The notes beneath the pieces were generated by a model. The model worked only from the letters and a program-made list of their open reading frames with translations, did no database searches and was not told where the DNA came from. Shown here one piece after another: positions 26,700 through 41,129 of a stretch of DNA of 64,000 nt. Source of the stretch: Mizuhopecten yessoensis (lineage: Eukaryota). The translations under genes and the position numbers were made by a program. The stretch is taken from positions 222,739 through 286,738 of the forward strand of contig NW_018408850.1 of assembly GCF_002113885.1 (NCBI RefSeq), given 5' to 3'. The stretch's first letter is position 1. Each line of letters begins with the position of its first letter.

Positions 26700-27732
26700 G
26701 GTAATATACAGGTGACGTAATACACCCATTAACTATTGTTTTAAGTTATTCATATGATAAGCTACTGGTATTTGGAGCTTGTATAACATTTAGGAACCAA
26801 CTGATGTGANNNNNNNNNNNNNNNNNNNNNNNNNNNNNNNNNNNNNNNNNNNNNNNNNNNNNNNNNNNNNNNNNNNNNNNNNNNNNNNNNNNNNNNNNNN
26901 NNNNNNNNNNNNNNNNNNNNNNNNNNNNNNNNNNNNNNNNNNNNNNNNNNNNNNNNNNNNNNNNNNNNNNNNNNNNNNNNNNNNNNNNNNNNNNNNNNNN
27001 NNNNNNNNNNNNNNNNNNNNNNNNNNNNNNNNNNNNNNNNNNNNNNNNNNNNNNNNNNNNNNNNNNNNNNNNNNNNNNNNNNNNNNNNNNNNNNNNNNNN
27101 NNNNNNNNNNNNNNNNNNNNNNNNNNNNNNNNNNNNNNNNNNNNNNNNNNNNNNNNNNNNNNNNNNNNNNNNNNNNNNNNNNNNNNNNNNNNNNNNNNNN
27201 NNNNNNNNNNNNNNNNNNNNNNNNNNNNNNNNNNNNNNNNNNNNNNNNNNNNNNNNNNNNNNNNNNNNNNNNNNNNNNNNNNNNNNNNNNNNNNNNNNNN
27301 NNNNNNNNNNNNNNNNNNNNNNNNNNNNNNNNNNNNNNNNNNNNNNNNNNNNNNNNNNNNNNNNNNNNNNNNNNNNNNNNNNNNNNNNNNNNNNNNNNNN
27401 NNNNNNNNNNNNNNNNNNNNNNNNNNNNNNNNNNNNNNNNNNNNNNNNNNNNNNNNNNNNNNNNNNNNNNNNNNNNNNNNNNNNNNNNNNNNNNNNNNNN
27501 NNNNNNNNNNNNNNNNNTCACCACCACGACCACCATCATCATCATCATCATCATCACCACCATCACCACCACCACGACCACCACCATCATCATCATCACC
27601 ATCACCTCAATCACACATGCACTCACATCAGTTTGTTCCTAAGTTTTATACAAGCTCCAAATACCAGTAGCTTATCATATGAATAACTTAAAACAATAGT
27701 TAATGGGTGTATTACGTCACCTGTATATTACC
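26700..27732. mobile_element. Fold-back / Kolobok-like element with >=110-bp inverted arms spanning an assembly gap
   Basis: Arms 26700-26809 and 27623-27732 are reverse complements with 3 mismatches. Termini GGTAAT...ATTACC are flanked by TTTA/TTAA. Confidence 0.6.
26810..27517. other. Assembly gap (N run), followed by a (CAC/CAT)n microsatellite to ~27606
   Basis: Ns in the sequence. Confidence 0.99.
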
Positions 27733-28014
27733 TTAAAACGTTTATGACCGAAGAAGACTTGAATGCTAAGTCTTTGACTGCTGAAGGCGACGGCCATTTA
27801 TGAATACAGTTGTGTTTCGTGTGGAAAATGCGTTGTATTTGGTCACGTCTTAAATTATAACCTATGGAAGATAATCGATGTAAGCACTATTATAAAGCAC
27901 AAGTTAACATTTAAAACGACATATAACAATGATATATGACCATTTACTTTTATAGCCTCTTGTTTAACTGGGCTGTATTTATGGTTTATGCCATAAAGAA
28001 TTAAATAGGCTATC

Positions 28015-28112
28015 TCGTTGACAAGGTAGCTCACTCGGTTAAAGCGATAGTATAACAATCTGAAGTCCTGGGTTAGCGTCCCGGTATAGCCCGTTGAATT
28101 TTTTTCTCTCTC
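28015..28112 (+). mobile_element. Degenerate tRNA-like repeat (SINE head or solo terminal repeat related to 61549-61957)
   Basis: GGTAGCTCACTCGGTTAAAGCG...GTCCTGGGTTAGCGTCCCGG followed by TTTTTCTCTCTC. Confidence 0.45.
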
Positions 28113-28152
28113 AAAACACCGTTGTTGATAATATTTTGTTTATTTCTTTTTT

Positions 28153-28838
28153 ATCATTAGCTAACAATCCCGAGGGGCTATTGAGCTTATGCCCTGGTGC
28201 GGCATCTGTTGTATGCCCGTCCCTCCGGTGTCCATCAAGAATGGACAGGCCTAGAGTCATGATATTTGGGTGATAGTTTTGTTGGTTAGTATCAAACAAT
28301 TCAAATTAGTTCTTCTGAATAATCTAAAAGCATAGAATTTTAATATTTGGCTGGTAACTGTCATAGATGGAGTCCGACAAAGCTGACAAATGAAAATTAC
28401 CCCAACCTACTTTCAAGGTCATAGGGGTCACTTTTGAAGAAGTGAAAGGCATGGAGTCGTGATATTTAACAAGTATCTTCCTGAGATGGAGCCCAACAAA
28501 GTTTGCGATTGAAAATGACCTTTGCCTACTTTATCCTATTGGTTTATCTTAATCTAATTTGATATAGAGTAATACTTGGCCCAACATGATTCAAAGTTGT
28601 AGAAACTCTGCCCTCATCCCAATGGGGACAGGAGGATGGGACCGATGAAGGTGAGGGTGTTGCTGAGAGACAGAGCCAATATTTGGAAATATTTGTAGTA
28701 CAGTATAATATATGTTTAATATTTTGCTATGACTGTTTAACTAAGTATCCAGGTGAGCGATAACGGCCCTCTGGTTAACGCCTACATTGGTGGGACTAAT
28801 ACCAGGTGAGCGACACAGTCCCATTTGGCCTCTTGTTT
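28153..28838 (+). mobile_element. pearl/CvA-like (Helentron-associated) non-autonomous element
   Basis: Starts TTAGCT...TGAGCTT; CCGT-type microsatellite remnant; internal AAGGTCA/GGGGTCA core; ends CAGGTGAGCGA...GGCCTCTTGTT, with the terminal motif duplicated. Confidence 0.65.
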
Positions 28839-29495
28839 GCCATAACAGTCCCACAAGGTATGGTTTTCTTTTCAGATCTATCATGGCAACTGTGTATTTA
28901 TGTTGGGGAAGAAATATCCTCGTCTCCAATGCGTAGTTACAGCTTTTGGCAGTGGTGCGGTACGGGGGTCCTTAATGAACACAATTTAGACATGCGCATA
29001 AAATGATCAAATACATTAAGATATTTTGATTTTAAACTGTACATGTGTGTAACTTTATAACATACATGTTACCTTGTTATCATATGAATATATGCCTGGA
29101 AAAAAGCATTAATAAGTTGAAATCCCATGCTCATGTTTGGCAATAAATGAACATGTTTTTAAATTAACAATGTTTTCAGTTGGTAGGTTTATTAAGAGGC
29201 TGTGCACAAAACGTTTTAATATTAAGTAATGGCAACATAAACTACTTATAAATAGACTAATACAATGTAAAAGATATATATCACTTTATAAATAGTCCTG
29301 TTATTATCACTGTATGTTAATGTACTAGAAATTTCTTTCATTTTTTTTAATAAAAGCAAAAACAAAAACATATTCGCACTTTTCTTTGGTAAAAACTACG
29401 TAATCTGCATTTCCGTATGGAATATGCATATTGTTTGGAAGCAAAATGTAACTTTTACAACTATGATATCTATTGTTTTATTTGCTGATCACCCA

Positions 29496-32421
29496 TTAGT
29501 TGAGCTGGGTTCTGCTATCCGAAAGAGATTCCTTAAAGCCAGCGTTGTTCCTGCGCGTGCGGTACCGAGTGGGCCCTGCCTTGGACAGTGTAGGCTGGAT
29601 CTTGCTGACGTCATCCACACTGCCTTGACTGCCTTTCGCGCCTCGGCGCTTCTTCAGTGATTCGTTTTCCTGTTTCTCCCGTTCCAGTTCAGCCTCTACC
29701 TTACACAGCTGTTCTGACGTAGAATCCATGCGGTTCTGGAACACCTGTGACTTGATCCGGTGGGATACTTGTAAGTTCCCCTTCAGCTCTTTCAAAGACA
29801 CCTCGGATTCTGAGAACATCTTGACACATTGGTCAAGCACAGTTCTCGAATTTCCCGCTTCCGCAACTCTTATATAACGGACCAGAACATCAGCCGGTTC
29901 ATCCTTTTTGTTCCTTGTTGACGAAGAAGTGGTGTCTGTCTTGGAATCGAGTGGAAGTTTTTTTAGACTGTTCAATAACACCCTTTCACATTTTTCTTTC
30001 ATCACATCCATCTTGTATTCCTCCACTAGAGGCAGCAACCTGAGGGCTGTTCTTTCTGTGTAAAATAAAAACAATACTAATTCAATCAGTTACAGTATAA
30101 TATATATGTCATCGAAAGTTGGTTTATCCACCAGCTATGAATCCGAAGCTACTGTGTAATACATGTAATTATCAACTAATCTCCCTGTCGATGCGGACTG
30201 GTTAAAATATTTATATACAATTATGGACTTTGGTTATGGTGAATATGAGAATGCGACGGCGAGGGAACGAAGACGCGAAAACACGACGGCGAGGGAACGA
30301 AGACGCGAAAACACGACGGCGAGGAAGCGAGAACACGACGGCGAGCCTGGAAACACGATGGTGTGAGAGCGGGTTTAGTCTCGTTCCCTCGCCATCGTAT
30401 TTTCCCTCCCTCACAGTCATTTTTAGCGCTTTTGCTCTCTCACCGTTATCGACTTTAGGTCGAGAGAGCAAGATCACGATAGGGTTCACCATATTACAGG
30501 TTACGGAATAGCTGTTTATGCATGTATTTATCAATCGGTACACAGATTGTAACATAATGCATTAGTTTTCTAATATGACACTATACTACGATTGTTTGAT
30601 ATAAAAATAGTGTCCGCTTACATGTACAATGTATATATGGTCCGGAAACCAACATTTAAACATGCCTATAATTCCTTCAAAACGTCAACGTACGTCATTT
30701 TTTTCTGGGTTTATGACGCGATTAGTTTGAAGTCATCGTGCGCTCTGACAGTTTTGATAGTGTCATATTGCAACTTGAAAATCTAAGAAAAAATAGCGTC
30801 CCTGAACTCTTGTATGATGTTTTAAGAGAATTTTGATAATCTCTTTAATGTAGATATTTTTTATCATAATTACATGCGTCCGGAATTCACTAAATTATGT
30901 AATGTTGTGAATTAGAAGATAGCATAGGCTATATAATACTTATCTAGGTCAGTTTGCATCTATAGCATTTAATGATAAAGTTTTTGTCATATTTACGAGG
31001 TTTTGTACTGTACAAACCAGGGCCGCTTTCGTTAATCGCGATCCAAACTGTTGGACAAGTGTTGTTCGTTTACGAAATAGGGTCGGACCTAGTAATCTGA
31101 TGCTGCCTTCAGACGAGCCTTGACAAAGCCTTACAATGCCTGCATAAACACTTGCAGGTCCGCCAGGATTTATACCCGAAAATGTTACATTTAAATACGG
31201 ACAAACCGGTAGTTCCTAATATACGAACAGACCCCAGCAATGTTTCTGGACTATTACTTGGTTATATTGCACACAGGAGCTAAACTGTCAAAACTTTCCG
31301 GACTAATTAGCTTTGACTGATAATACAAACCAACAAAGTTTCCAGACCGACTAGGTTCTACAGTACGTTCCTATAGACTAAGGGGTCTCTACTGTATAAA
31401 CAAGTTAAACACTGGACGCTTTAGAACGAGATTCCATTGAGAACACAGAAACCAAAGTGTCCAGACTAATAGAGTTTTTATGTTTATACGATTCACGAAT
31501 ATGTCGTGACTGCTGAGGTTCCAACAATAACACAAGCGAAAGTGTCCACACTCATGAAGTTCTACTGTAATATATAATGAATGCGCACCTTTTTACCCCT
31601 CTCCCCTTCCCCTCACGAAAACGTTCTTCAAATACGATTCAAATTGACTGAAATGGCGTTTGTTGATGAAATGTTCTCCCACCATCCACATAATTTTCTC
31701 CTGTTTCAAATGTTCATTAGTCTTCTAGGGTATGATTTTATCTGTCATATCCCCCCCCCCCCCCCCCCCCCCCCCTGTATATGACTAGAATACTACTATG
31801 ACGTCACGAGAACAATAAGATATGACATCACAATCTGCTCTCTGTGCAAATCCGGACATAAGCAGAATACAAATGCTGAAAACTATCGTTTTAAAATATA
31901 ACACTGGAATGATAGCAGAAAAAGGACAAGTCCCTTTCTTTATGGTGTAACAGAGACATATTTAACCATTTGGGTGACTAGTTGGTTGTGTGCTCGGGTT
32001 GTTCATAATAAAAACGGTAAAAATGTACCAGTAGGTGACATGATGACATACCATTGAGGTCTTTGTTGACAGCCGGATGTAGGACAGACAAGAGATCGAC
32101 GAATTCCTGGTAAACTTTCCCCACAATCTTTAGTTCCATTTTGTCTGATTTCTTCTTCTCATTTTGATGCTCTGTGAGAACTTGGTTAAAATAGACAGAC
32201 GCGTAGCCTAGGAGTGAACGATTAAGGAAGAGTTTCTTTTCCTCTATCACGAGAACAAGATCCGTATAGGAGTCCTCTGTCAAGAAAGGCAACGTGGAAG
32301 ACTTTTTGCCACCCTTCTTGGCATCCACAGGCGCGACATCCTGAACAGAACCTTTCGTAGCTTGTGTCGTCCGTCTGTCTTGGACAGTCCGTCGGTCTTG
32401 GACTGGCAGCGTTCCCGACAT
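29496..32421 (-). CDS. BTB/POZ-domain protein with C-terminal coiled coil (BTB and MATH domain protein 36/38-like family), 309 aa
   Basis: Exons 32421-32052 and 30055-29496 (phase-1 intron, gtatgt...cacag) total 930 nt. BTB signature YTDLVLVIEEKKLFLNRSLLGYASVYF...FVDLLSVLHP...LLPLVEEYKMDVMKEKCERVL. Confidence 0.88.
30245..30410. repeat. 30-bp tandem repeat (about 2.5 copies) with an inverted copy, in the BTB gene intron
   Basis: ACACGACGGCGAGGGAACGAAGACGCGAAA repeated; TCGTTCCCTCGCCATCGT inverted at ~30381. Confidence 0.8.
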
Positions 32422-34655
32422 TTCAATTATAATCAGAACGTATATATATCTGAAATGTTAAGTTCGATCTGATGAAGTACAGCGTTAGGGCGCTGTCAGC
32501 GTACTATAGACAAGATAACCATCCCAGGTAAGCGTTATTGATATAAATGCTGTTGATCCAGAGAGAAGTGGTTTATGTACATGTATATACATAAAAAGTC
32601 TATACGTACACAACTCACCTGTGTTCAGGTAGACTAAAATTAATCAAGTTTTATTTATTGACAAAGTATATTTACAATGTTCTTCACGACATCCCAGTGT
32701 CTATACACAAGTATTGACTGATCTGTGCTTTGAGTGGAGGAATCTTATCTCGAGTTTGTATGTAAACCTATTATGGCGTTACCGGATAGAAACACCTGCC
32801 TGAATGCACTCTATCTGTGCCCAAGGATAACACATGACCAGCAGCGCTGTACATAAAGGTTATATGTTATATGAACAAACACAAAAGCGAGATCTTGTGA
32901 CTGTCCATGAAGCTTAGTATGGGATGATCGGCCCTCTATAACGGTACATTATGGATCGCCATTTGATTACACGTCGAAAGCAGTCAATATATAAACGTGA
33001 ATGTCGCCAGGTAATTTCACATATTGAGATGCTGTTATATATCGATTCATTGTGTACTACATGTAGGTCTACAACCGTTAAAAAACCTCATTTGAATAAT
33101 AATGAACGGGCCAATGAACGTTAATGAAAATTACTAATTACTTGTCGGGGGAAAAGCCTCGAAAAAATATTAAAAAAATCAATCAATAAATGACAACAAC
33201 GTATTGTAGTTCGTCAGAATCCCAGAAAATTGTTTTGTGCAATAAATCTAAATTAGCAAGGCTTTATTTGTAGATGCGGCGCATTGTATGCATTCGCTTA
33301 CATGTGTTTTTTTGCCTTGTTAATTTCCCCGTCTATTGTACGATAGATCTATGATACTGAACCAATACCCTGCACCTGTATGGAGGAATGTCGGGCACTT
33401 TCCGTAATAGCTTTATGATGTAACAGCACTTTATATTTCAACAACCCCCGGTAGAGACGTGCCACTATTGACATGTATATGGCCCTTTAACAATCGACGT
33501 TTGCGACACTGTGATATATTTACACAGACATTAGAATTTTAATTGTTTAAATCCTGAAAAAATAATAAACTGGAAGGAAACATTAACCCCGAATGAGTCG
33601 AATGTTGTCAGTATAAAACGAACTTTCTGTGAGAATTTACCAAATGTATCCTTTTTTTTTTTTGATAATAAACTGTTAAACGTTTTGGCCTTTTTAGGCC
33701 AGTCGGGAATTGTCGGCACTTAACGAGAAATTGTTTTCTCGTTTACGGAAAGTGCAAACGTTTCCCGACTGCGTTTAGGCTTAAAGAGTACGCCTGGGAT
33801 ATGTTCATATAAAATATTGAAGATCGTGTGACATTTTATCTGCGTTCCTCGACGGACTTGAATTATTTAGAAGATGTTTTCCTCACCAACAATAGAAACC
33901 ATGGGTTACTAGAACCGTTTGTCTATTAAAATATTTATCCATTGATTTGCCGACGAAACTATTATTTCGGGCGCGGCTGATTGCTTACAAACTAACTAAG
34001 AGCTTTTGAATTGTCAATATTTACGAACAACTTTTGTTTCCAAGCAGAAAATGTAGGATGCCTCATCATTTGTATCATGTAATGAAGAGCTATATGTACT
34101 GGAATCGGATCCATACCGAAGAGTTAGTGTTTTGTTAGATCGAACCGATCCTCACAAGTGGACAAAACGAAAGTTGCATATTGTGTAGAAAAATCATAAA
34201 TATTTCAGATACGGTTTTGACAATTGAAAGTTTTTCATTCCCTTGTATTACCCATTTAAATATATTCCGCAGATGGTTGGAGTAGCAATAGAAAAGTAGT
34301 TATAAATCCACCGATCTACAACTCTGTAGACGAATCTGTAGAACGAGCAGGTATCCATTACTGTAGAATGATAACATGTTGGTAAAAATAATATCTTACG
34401 AAATGAAATCCTGTAAAATGTACACATTAAATGTTCAAAATACAGTAAAAAGGAAATATGTAATCTGAAAGGCTTCAATATGTCTTGAACACCCTCACAG
34501 AACGTGTTCGCTGAATGGAGATAAATAGTTTTCCAAAAAAACGGTTGAAGAACAATTTATCCCTAAATGGTTTAACGATATGCAGTCTTGAAGAATATTC
34601 AAACAAATAACAGGCTTAAGGCAGAACATGCAATGTGAAATTCCGTTTTTTAGAT

Positions 34656-35238
34656 ACACGGACAGTGGACAGACATATTGATTATGAAGTGTAACAGTGA
34701 CAACACGGACAGTGGACAGACATATTGATTATGTAGTGTAACAGTGACAACACGGCCATTGGACAGACATAATGATTATGAAGTGTAACAGTGACAACAG
34801 GGACAGTGGACAGACATAATGATTATGAAGTGTAACAGTGACAACAGGGACAGTGGACAGACATAATGATTATGAAGTGTAACAGTGGCAACAGGGACAG
34901 TGGACAGACATAATGATTATGAAGTGTAACAGTGGCAACAGGGACAGTGGACAGACATAATGATTATGAAGTGTAACAGTGACAACAGGGACAGTGGACA
35001 GACATATTGATTATGAAGTGGAACAGTGACAACAGGGACAGTGGACAGACATATTGATTATGTAGTGTAACAGTGACAACACGGACAGTGGACAGACATA
35101 TTGATTATGTAGTGTAATAGTGACAACACGGACAGTGGACAGACATTGATTATGAAGTGTTACAGTGACAACATGGACAGTGGACAGACATATTGATTAT
35201 GAAGTGTTACAGTGACAACACGGACAGTGGACAGACAT
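34656..35238. repeat. 47-bp minisatellite, about 12.4 copies
   Basis: Unit ACACGGACAGTGGACAGACATATTGATTATGAAGTGTAACAGTGACA. Confidence 0.95.
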
Positions 35239-35810
35239 ACATTTGTACATATATCATAGTGACACATAATAATATGAAATCTACCGACACGGACAGACGA
35301 CAGACACATCCATCCATCCATCAGGATGAGCACCAACATACACAGGCGCTAGATGATAGTTGTTAGAAAATGAAAGATGATATGTATTCAATTCTTACTG
35401 CCATTATATGATTCTGTTTATTACCCGACACTCGTTTGAGTGCGTTATAATTACTTTACTTGTGTACACTAGGGGGGGTTCAAGGTATCCCAACGTTTCT
35501 GAGACTTATAAGACCAATCGGTCTTGAAATGTTGCGACAAGTTTGATACGTATTATAACACGGGATTAGATGTTATCTAAGTCCGTGGTATTAATGTTTG
35601 TGGATAAAAAACCATTGATGTTACATATTTCCAAACTGATGAATCTTATTAAAGACATCCACAGTGTATATATGTGTTGTTGCCTGTTATTATATACGTG
35701 TATTGTACATAGATACCTAAGCCCGACTTCAAATAACATTATAAATGTTTATGTTATTTAATTCAAATGCAGTTTGATTAATGACTTCTGTTACGTATGC
35801 TCCTTTTCAT

Positions 35811-35902
35811 TATCTACCTCCTTCCTGTGCCATATCTACCTCCTTCCTGTGCCATATCTACCTCCTTCCTGTGCCATATCTACCTCCTTCCTGTGCCATA
35901 TC
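35811..35902. repeat. 22-bp perfect tandem repeat, 4 copies
   Basis: TATCTACCTCCTTCCTGTGCCA x4. Confidence 0.95.
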
Positions 35903-38047
35903 GTATTCCTGACGGAGTCAATTTGACAAACAAAGTTAATTATTTGTTGAGCTCTTGAGAGACTGATTTTAAAACTGCAATGCGAATGGTATTTTTAGAA
36001 TACGAATGGTATTGAACACAAGCGCTTGCATAGATGAAACAGTTGTTTAAGTAATTATGGTATGAATACGTCATGTATAGTTATTTATATATATAGGTTA
36101 TATAATATTGATAACATGTATGTCACGTCATATTATAAACACTGATATAAACATTTCATATTAACGGCAGGAGCCTGTTGTATTGTGTAAGGTCATGTCA
36201 GTGTATATAGTATGAGATGGGCTCATAATATAACCTTTCCTCAAAATGATAAAAATATGGAAGTTGGTTGGTATACCAAAGGTCAAGAACAATGTCAATA
36301 ATGACCTTTGTAGAAATTGTTTGTTGAAAATATTGTTGACTTTGTCTGAAAAGTAACGTTTGAATGCAGAATTTTAGTGGCGCAAAATTGCAATGATTAA
36401 TGAAATTAATGAAAAAACATATAAATTACCTGTAAATGCATTTCTGAAGTATCCATGTATTGACTATTATCGAGAAAAATGTAAGGAAAATGTGTCAAAT
36501 CTCTAGAATATGTAATGGCATAATTTTCATCTGAATTCAAACATTCAAATTTCAAACAACAACAATTCTGGTTTTTGAATGGCAACATGTGATTTTCATG
36601 CAATATTTCTTTTGATTCAATATATCACAGCAGTGACAGTTGTAGAACAGATTGACTTGTTGGAACCCTTTACCCTAACTTAGTATATTAACATATTGTA
36701 AATATTTTATATCAGAGGTATAGACACGCAAGGAACAAGTAGGAGAAACAAAAACAAAATACTTATTATCAATATTTTAATAGAATTAAATTGATTTTAT
36801 TGAAAAGTTAACATTGTTTTTACACATTCACAACATTGCCGTTTGAAAGGATACACACAGTGACCATAAACTTATTATAAAACTAGTTTAATGTTTGTAA
36901 AACAAGGCATAATGCTTTTTTTAATACATTCTTTGGAAGAAAACTTGTGACCTTTGACCTGTAGCCTAGAACCGAATGGCACTTCATTGTTGTACCAGCT
37001 TTGCTACTTCTACACACATAGGTTGGTTTGGTGGCATTTCATTTGTTACTAAGTAACAAATTGATGGTGAACATTTTTTAAAGTAAGCAACCTATTACTG
37101 GTTAAGGTCAAAACCTTAACCAGTAATTGGCAGACATCTTTTTGTCTTAACAAACATAAGTACAAAGTTTGAACTGGTAATAATTAATCCATATAATATT
37201 TTCAGAAATATTTTATGAATTCACAACATTTCAACTTTACCACTGCACACATGTCACATTCCCAACAGTGATTAAGTTTTTATGTCGAAGCTTGTCAGGT
37301 GCAGTTCAATGTTTATGCCAGTATCACGTGTAGTTACTATTTTAGCTATTGTTTACTTGGTTATTTTCCCTCAGTGACCAGAAGACCATTGTACAGGTAA
37401 AGTTACAGGTATAAAATGTTTACATATACTATTGATGGTATATCAGTAGGATATAGTTCTTTACACAGCCTAAGTTATTGGTTGTTATCAACTTCTCAAA
37501 TCTACGACTTGAAATGAAAAAGAGCTCTGGATCTTTTTCATGCCTTTTATACAATGGCAATATGTGACGTCATTATAAATGACAAAATAATGTCATTTGC
37601 CACCGTCGTTTGATTCAAACTTCAGGTAGCAAAATAAATAAAAATCTGAGGTAATCATAAGTGCAATTTTACAGAAATTTATAATTTGCAAATAAAAAAC
37701 AATTGTAGGTATATATGCAATAGAATCAATATCATACATAAGACATTTTAAATTCTGACTTTGCAGACAGGACTGGTTTACCGACATAAATACACTATGA
37801 ATATAGCACTAGTTGAGATATTCTTCTGCTACATGTAACTGTGAAGTCTGAACAAGGCAGGTTGTATTGCTTACACCATATGCATACATGTATAATGTTA
37901 ACATCTTATACAGTGAATGTAACATTGTTGTCTATATCTTATGTACTCTGCTTCTCAGAAGCCACAGTCTGTTATGCTTGCACAATATTAATGATAGCAT
38001 TTGAATGTAACTAGTTATATTAGAAGTGCTGATTAGCACTTTCTCAA

Positions 38048-38408
38048 TATATCTGAGTCGCTATGGAAACCTGAGTCACACATGCAGCATATCCCAGTCA
38101 CTCTTAGATGCTCGAGTCACTCAGGATACCAAGGTTACCATACCTGAGTCAAGGACATCACTCAAGCCATTTACCACAACCGAATCATGGATACCCAAGT
38201 CACTCAGCATGCATACCTGAGTTACTCTGGATACCCGAATTACTCTGGATACCCGAGTCACTCATGGCATATACCTGAGTCAGTCTGGATACAAGAGTCA
38301 ATCAATATAGCAGAGTTACTCAGCACACCTGAGTCACTCTGGATACCAGAGTCACTCAGTATACCCGAGTTTCTCAGCATACCTGAGTCAGTCTGGTTAC
38401 CCGAGCCA
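38048..38408. repeat. Degenerate ~18-bp minisatellite
   Basis: ATACCYGAGTYACTC(TGG/AGC) units. Confidence 0.75.
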
Positions 38409-39018
38409 AACTAAAGAGTTATTTTCATTTGTAACTTTCTACACTACTTATATTTACTATACAATGATTTTCTCCGTTTTAAGTGAAAGCCTATAAACCA
38501 TCAAAAATATTTCCATCATAGCTATCTTGACATTTTAAATTTTCAAAATCAAATTGAAGTTTAATGAACACTCTTGTTATCACAAGAAGGGGAAACATTA
38601 TAGATAATTAAAAATTGTAAGTGTCTAGACACATACTGATTACTTAATACAGCTGTCAAGATGTATGAAAATCATGACTCATCAATAAGTTTTTTAAACT
38701 CTAAAGAATTGCAAAATGTTTGACTCAAGATATTACCCACTACACATAGGTATACAAATGGATCAACAGATAATACGCAACACATGATCAACATCAAAAT
38801 CAAGGCATTGTTTCTACATTAATAGTTAGGCTTACAAAGTTAGAGGTAACCACATATCAATTCAAAATCCATGATTCACACAGAATTCGGAAAATTAACA
38901 AACCAAAACTGGGAACATATCACAAGTCTTTGAAACAACATACCCATTACAGTCAAGCCTCACTAACCCAGTACTCCTCCTTGAACTTTCCAGGTAAACC
39001 ACAGGAGTTTGACATTAT

Positions 39019-40702
39019 AAATTCAAATTCAAATTAGTTTATTATAGTGTCACATGTAAAAGGTACAAGTATTACAATCTCTAAAATATGTCTATAGTCA
39101 CCCACCCTTACATCCAGTCTATATTAGACTTACGAGACACTCCTTCTTCCCCTATCTAGATTCTAGACTGTAAAAGTATTACATATATGTACATACTTAT
39201 GAATTAAAAACTCTGCCAATATAAAACTATAAAAATAATTGACATTAAAAGACACATTACTGCTTAATTATAGATCTAGTTGCGACGTCGATTAAGAATA
39301 CTAGCACAGGTTTTGGCACAGGACCTCGCCAAGTAAGGGTTGCTTAGAATTACAGCTTACTTTTCATCTTTACTCATATTGTAAAAATCACTTGTGATTT
39401 TATTAGCCTCCTGCAATAGACCCGATCGGAGATCATCATACAAGTTACATTCTATTAAAACATGACTCTGTTTCTACCATGCTTTTACACGCGAAACACT
39501 TTCTTTCACTCAAAGGTGCAACCCCCGCCTAAACTTAGCTAGCGCACTACGATGTGATTTAGGCATTACTAACATATTATAATTTTCAACCTCATAATTA
39601 AACTTAAATAACCTTTACATACTTAGTTTGTTACCTCCAGAAATACAAGTTTTGGCTCCGGGACGGTTAAGGTCCCTTTTCCAATTTTCAATAAACAATT
39701 CCAAGCCACGGACCTTAGCGTCCTTAAGTAAATTTTTACTATTAATTGGACCTATGCTATAGTTATCCAAGCCTAGTTCCCCGAGTCTGGAAATTACTCT
39801 GAAGTTCCAATTTTCATTTCGGTGGTTACCTGATATATGCTCGCTCCATGTAAATACAGCCTTATTCAATCTAGTATCCGACAGATTATGAAAACGACTC
39901 CAATGTCTAAAAACAGCTTGCCATTGGTTCACTATAACTGGAGTCCAACCCATGTCCCCGCTAACAGCTACATTAGGTGCATAGCGACCAAGGCCTAGAT
40001 AAAATCTACATACGCAATTTTGAATAGCCACAATACAACTACCGTAAATGTACGTGTACCTCATATAGCAGCACCGTAACTAATTACTGGCCACACTGTA
40101 CTCTCATACAGTTTTGTGAAGGTTTTATATGGTAAGCCTCCCATTGATTTAGATTTAGCTATTAACAAACCAAGTGCTCTACCCGCTGATTTGGCCACGA
40201 GTTTTGCCGTTACATTAAAATCCAAGTGTTCCGTAAATGTAAGACCCAGGTATGTATATTTCTAGGTCTAGCTTCCCACACGAAAACATACTATCACTGA
40301 CTGTTACAGACGTTGGACGGAAATGTACAATAGCCGACTTATCAGCGTTAATATTAAGTTTATTGGATTCACACTAAGTATTAAGACCATTTAGTAATAA
40401 CTGGAGACCACGCTCAGTACTAGCCATGATCACCAGATCATCTGCATAGAGTAGGGCACATATTTTATGCTCCGTTATCTCTATATCAGCCCCCAAACTA
40501 TTCAAATATGTTATTAGGTCATTAATATACAAGTTGAATAAAATCGGTGATAAAGTACATCCTTGTTTTAAACCGCACGTCACGTCAAACCACTCCATAC
40601 TTAATCCATTTACTCTCACACAGCTTAGTACATTTTTATATAAAGACTTTATAGCTGAAAAGAGGTTACCAGTAATTCCTAGTTTATTTAGTTTATATCA
40701 AA
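39019..40702 (-). mobile_element. 5'-truncated, frameshifted non-LTR retrotransposon (RT domain plus 3' end)
   Basis: GLKQGCTLSPILFNLYINDL and LLYADDLV RT motifs; downstream RFYLGLGRYAPNVAVSGDMGW; AATAAA then a (TTTGAA)n tail at ~39020-39043. Confidence 0.9.
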
Positions 40703-41129
40703 GAAATTTAACACTAGATGAAAAAACAGTCTCAATACTGTGGTTTTTTTTATATTAAAAGGTTGTTTTTTCATCTAGAGTGTTATAGTCTATTTAAGCA
40801 TTATACAGCATTCTGTTCAGTGTTATGAGCCTTTAACAAGGAACAGGATTGCAGACAAAATTAATAACGCACGTTATTCAGTGCAATATCAAGCACAAGG
40901 TTGGATCACATTTATATAATATTGTGGATGTACTTTGAATTTTGTTTCCTAATTATTGTCAGTACTCTCACGAACTTATATAATCTAATTCCGTGGTACC
41001 CTGTACATAGGGATCATACATGTATTACAATCAGCATAATGTCATACATAGGATTGTAAAAAGTTCAAGTCCAGTAAAATATTGTATAATAGATCGGTAT
41101 CATCACAACGTCATTTCCATCGATGACTA

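Noticed and set aside
26790-27642. 278-aa ORFs on both strands
   Set aside because: Artefacts of the N gap plus a microsatellite.
30211-30555. Arg-rich ORFs on both strands in the BTB intron
   Set aside because: Explained by the 30-bp tandem repeat; no splice support.
36857-36886. RAG recombination-signal-like CACAGTG heptamer
   Set aside because: No matching nonamer at 12 or 23 bp and no paired signal.
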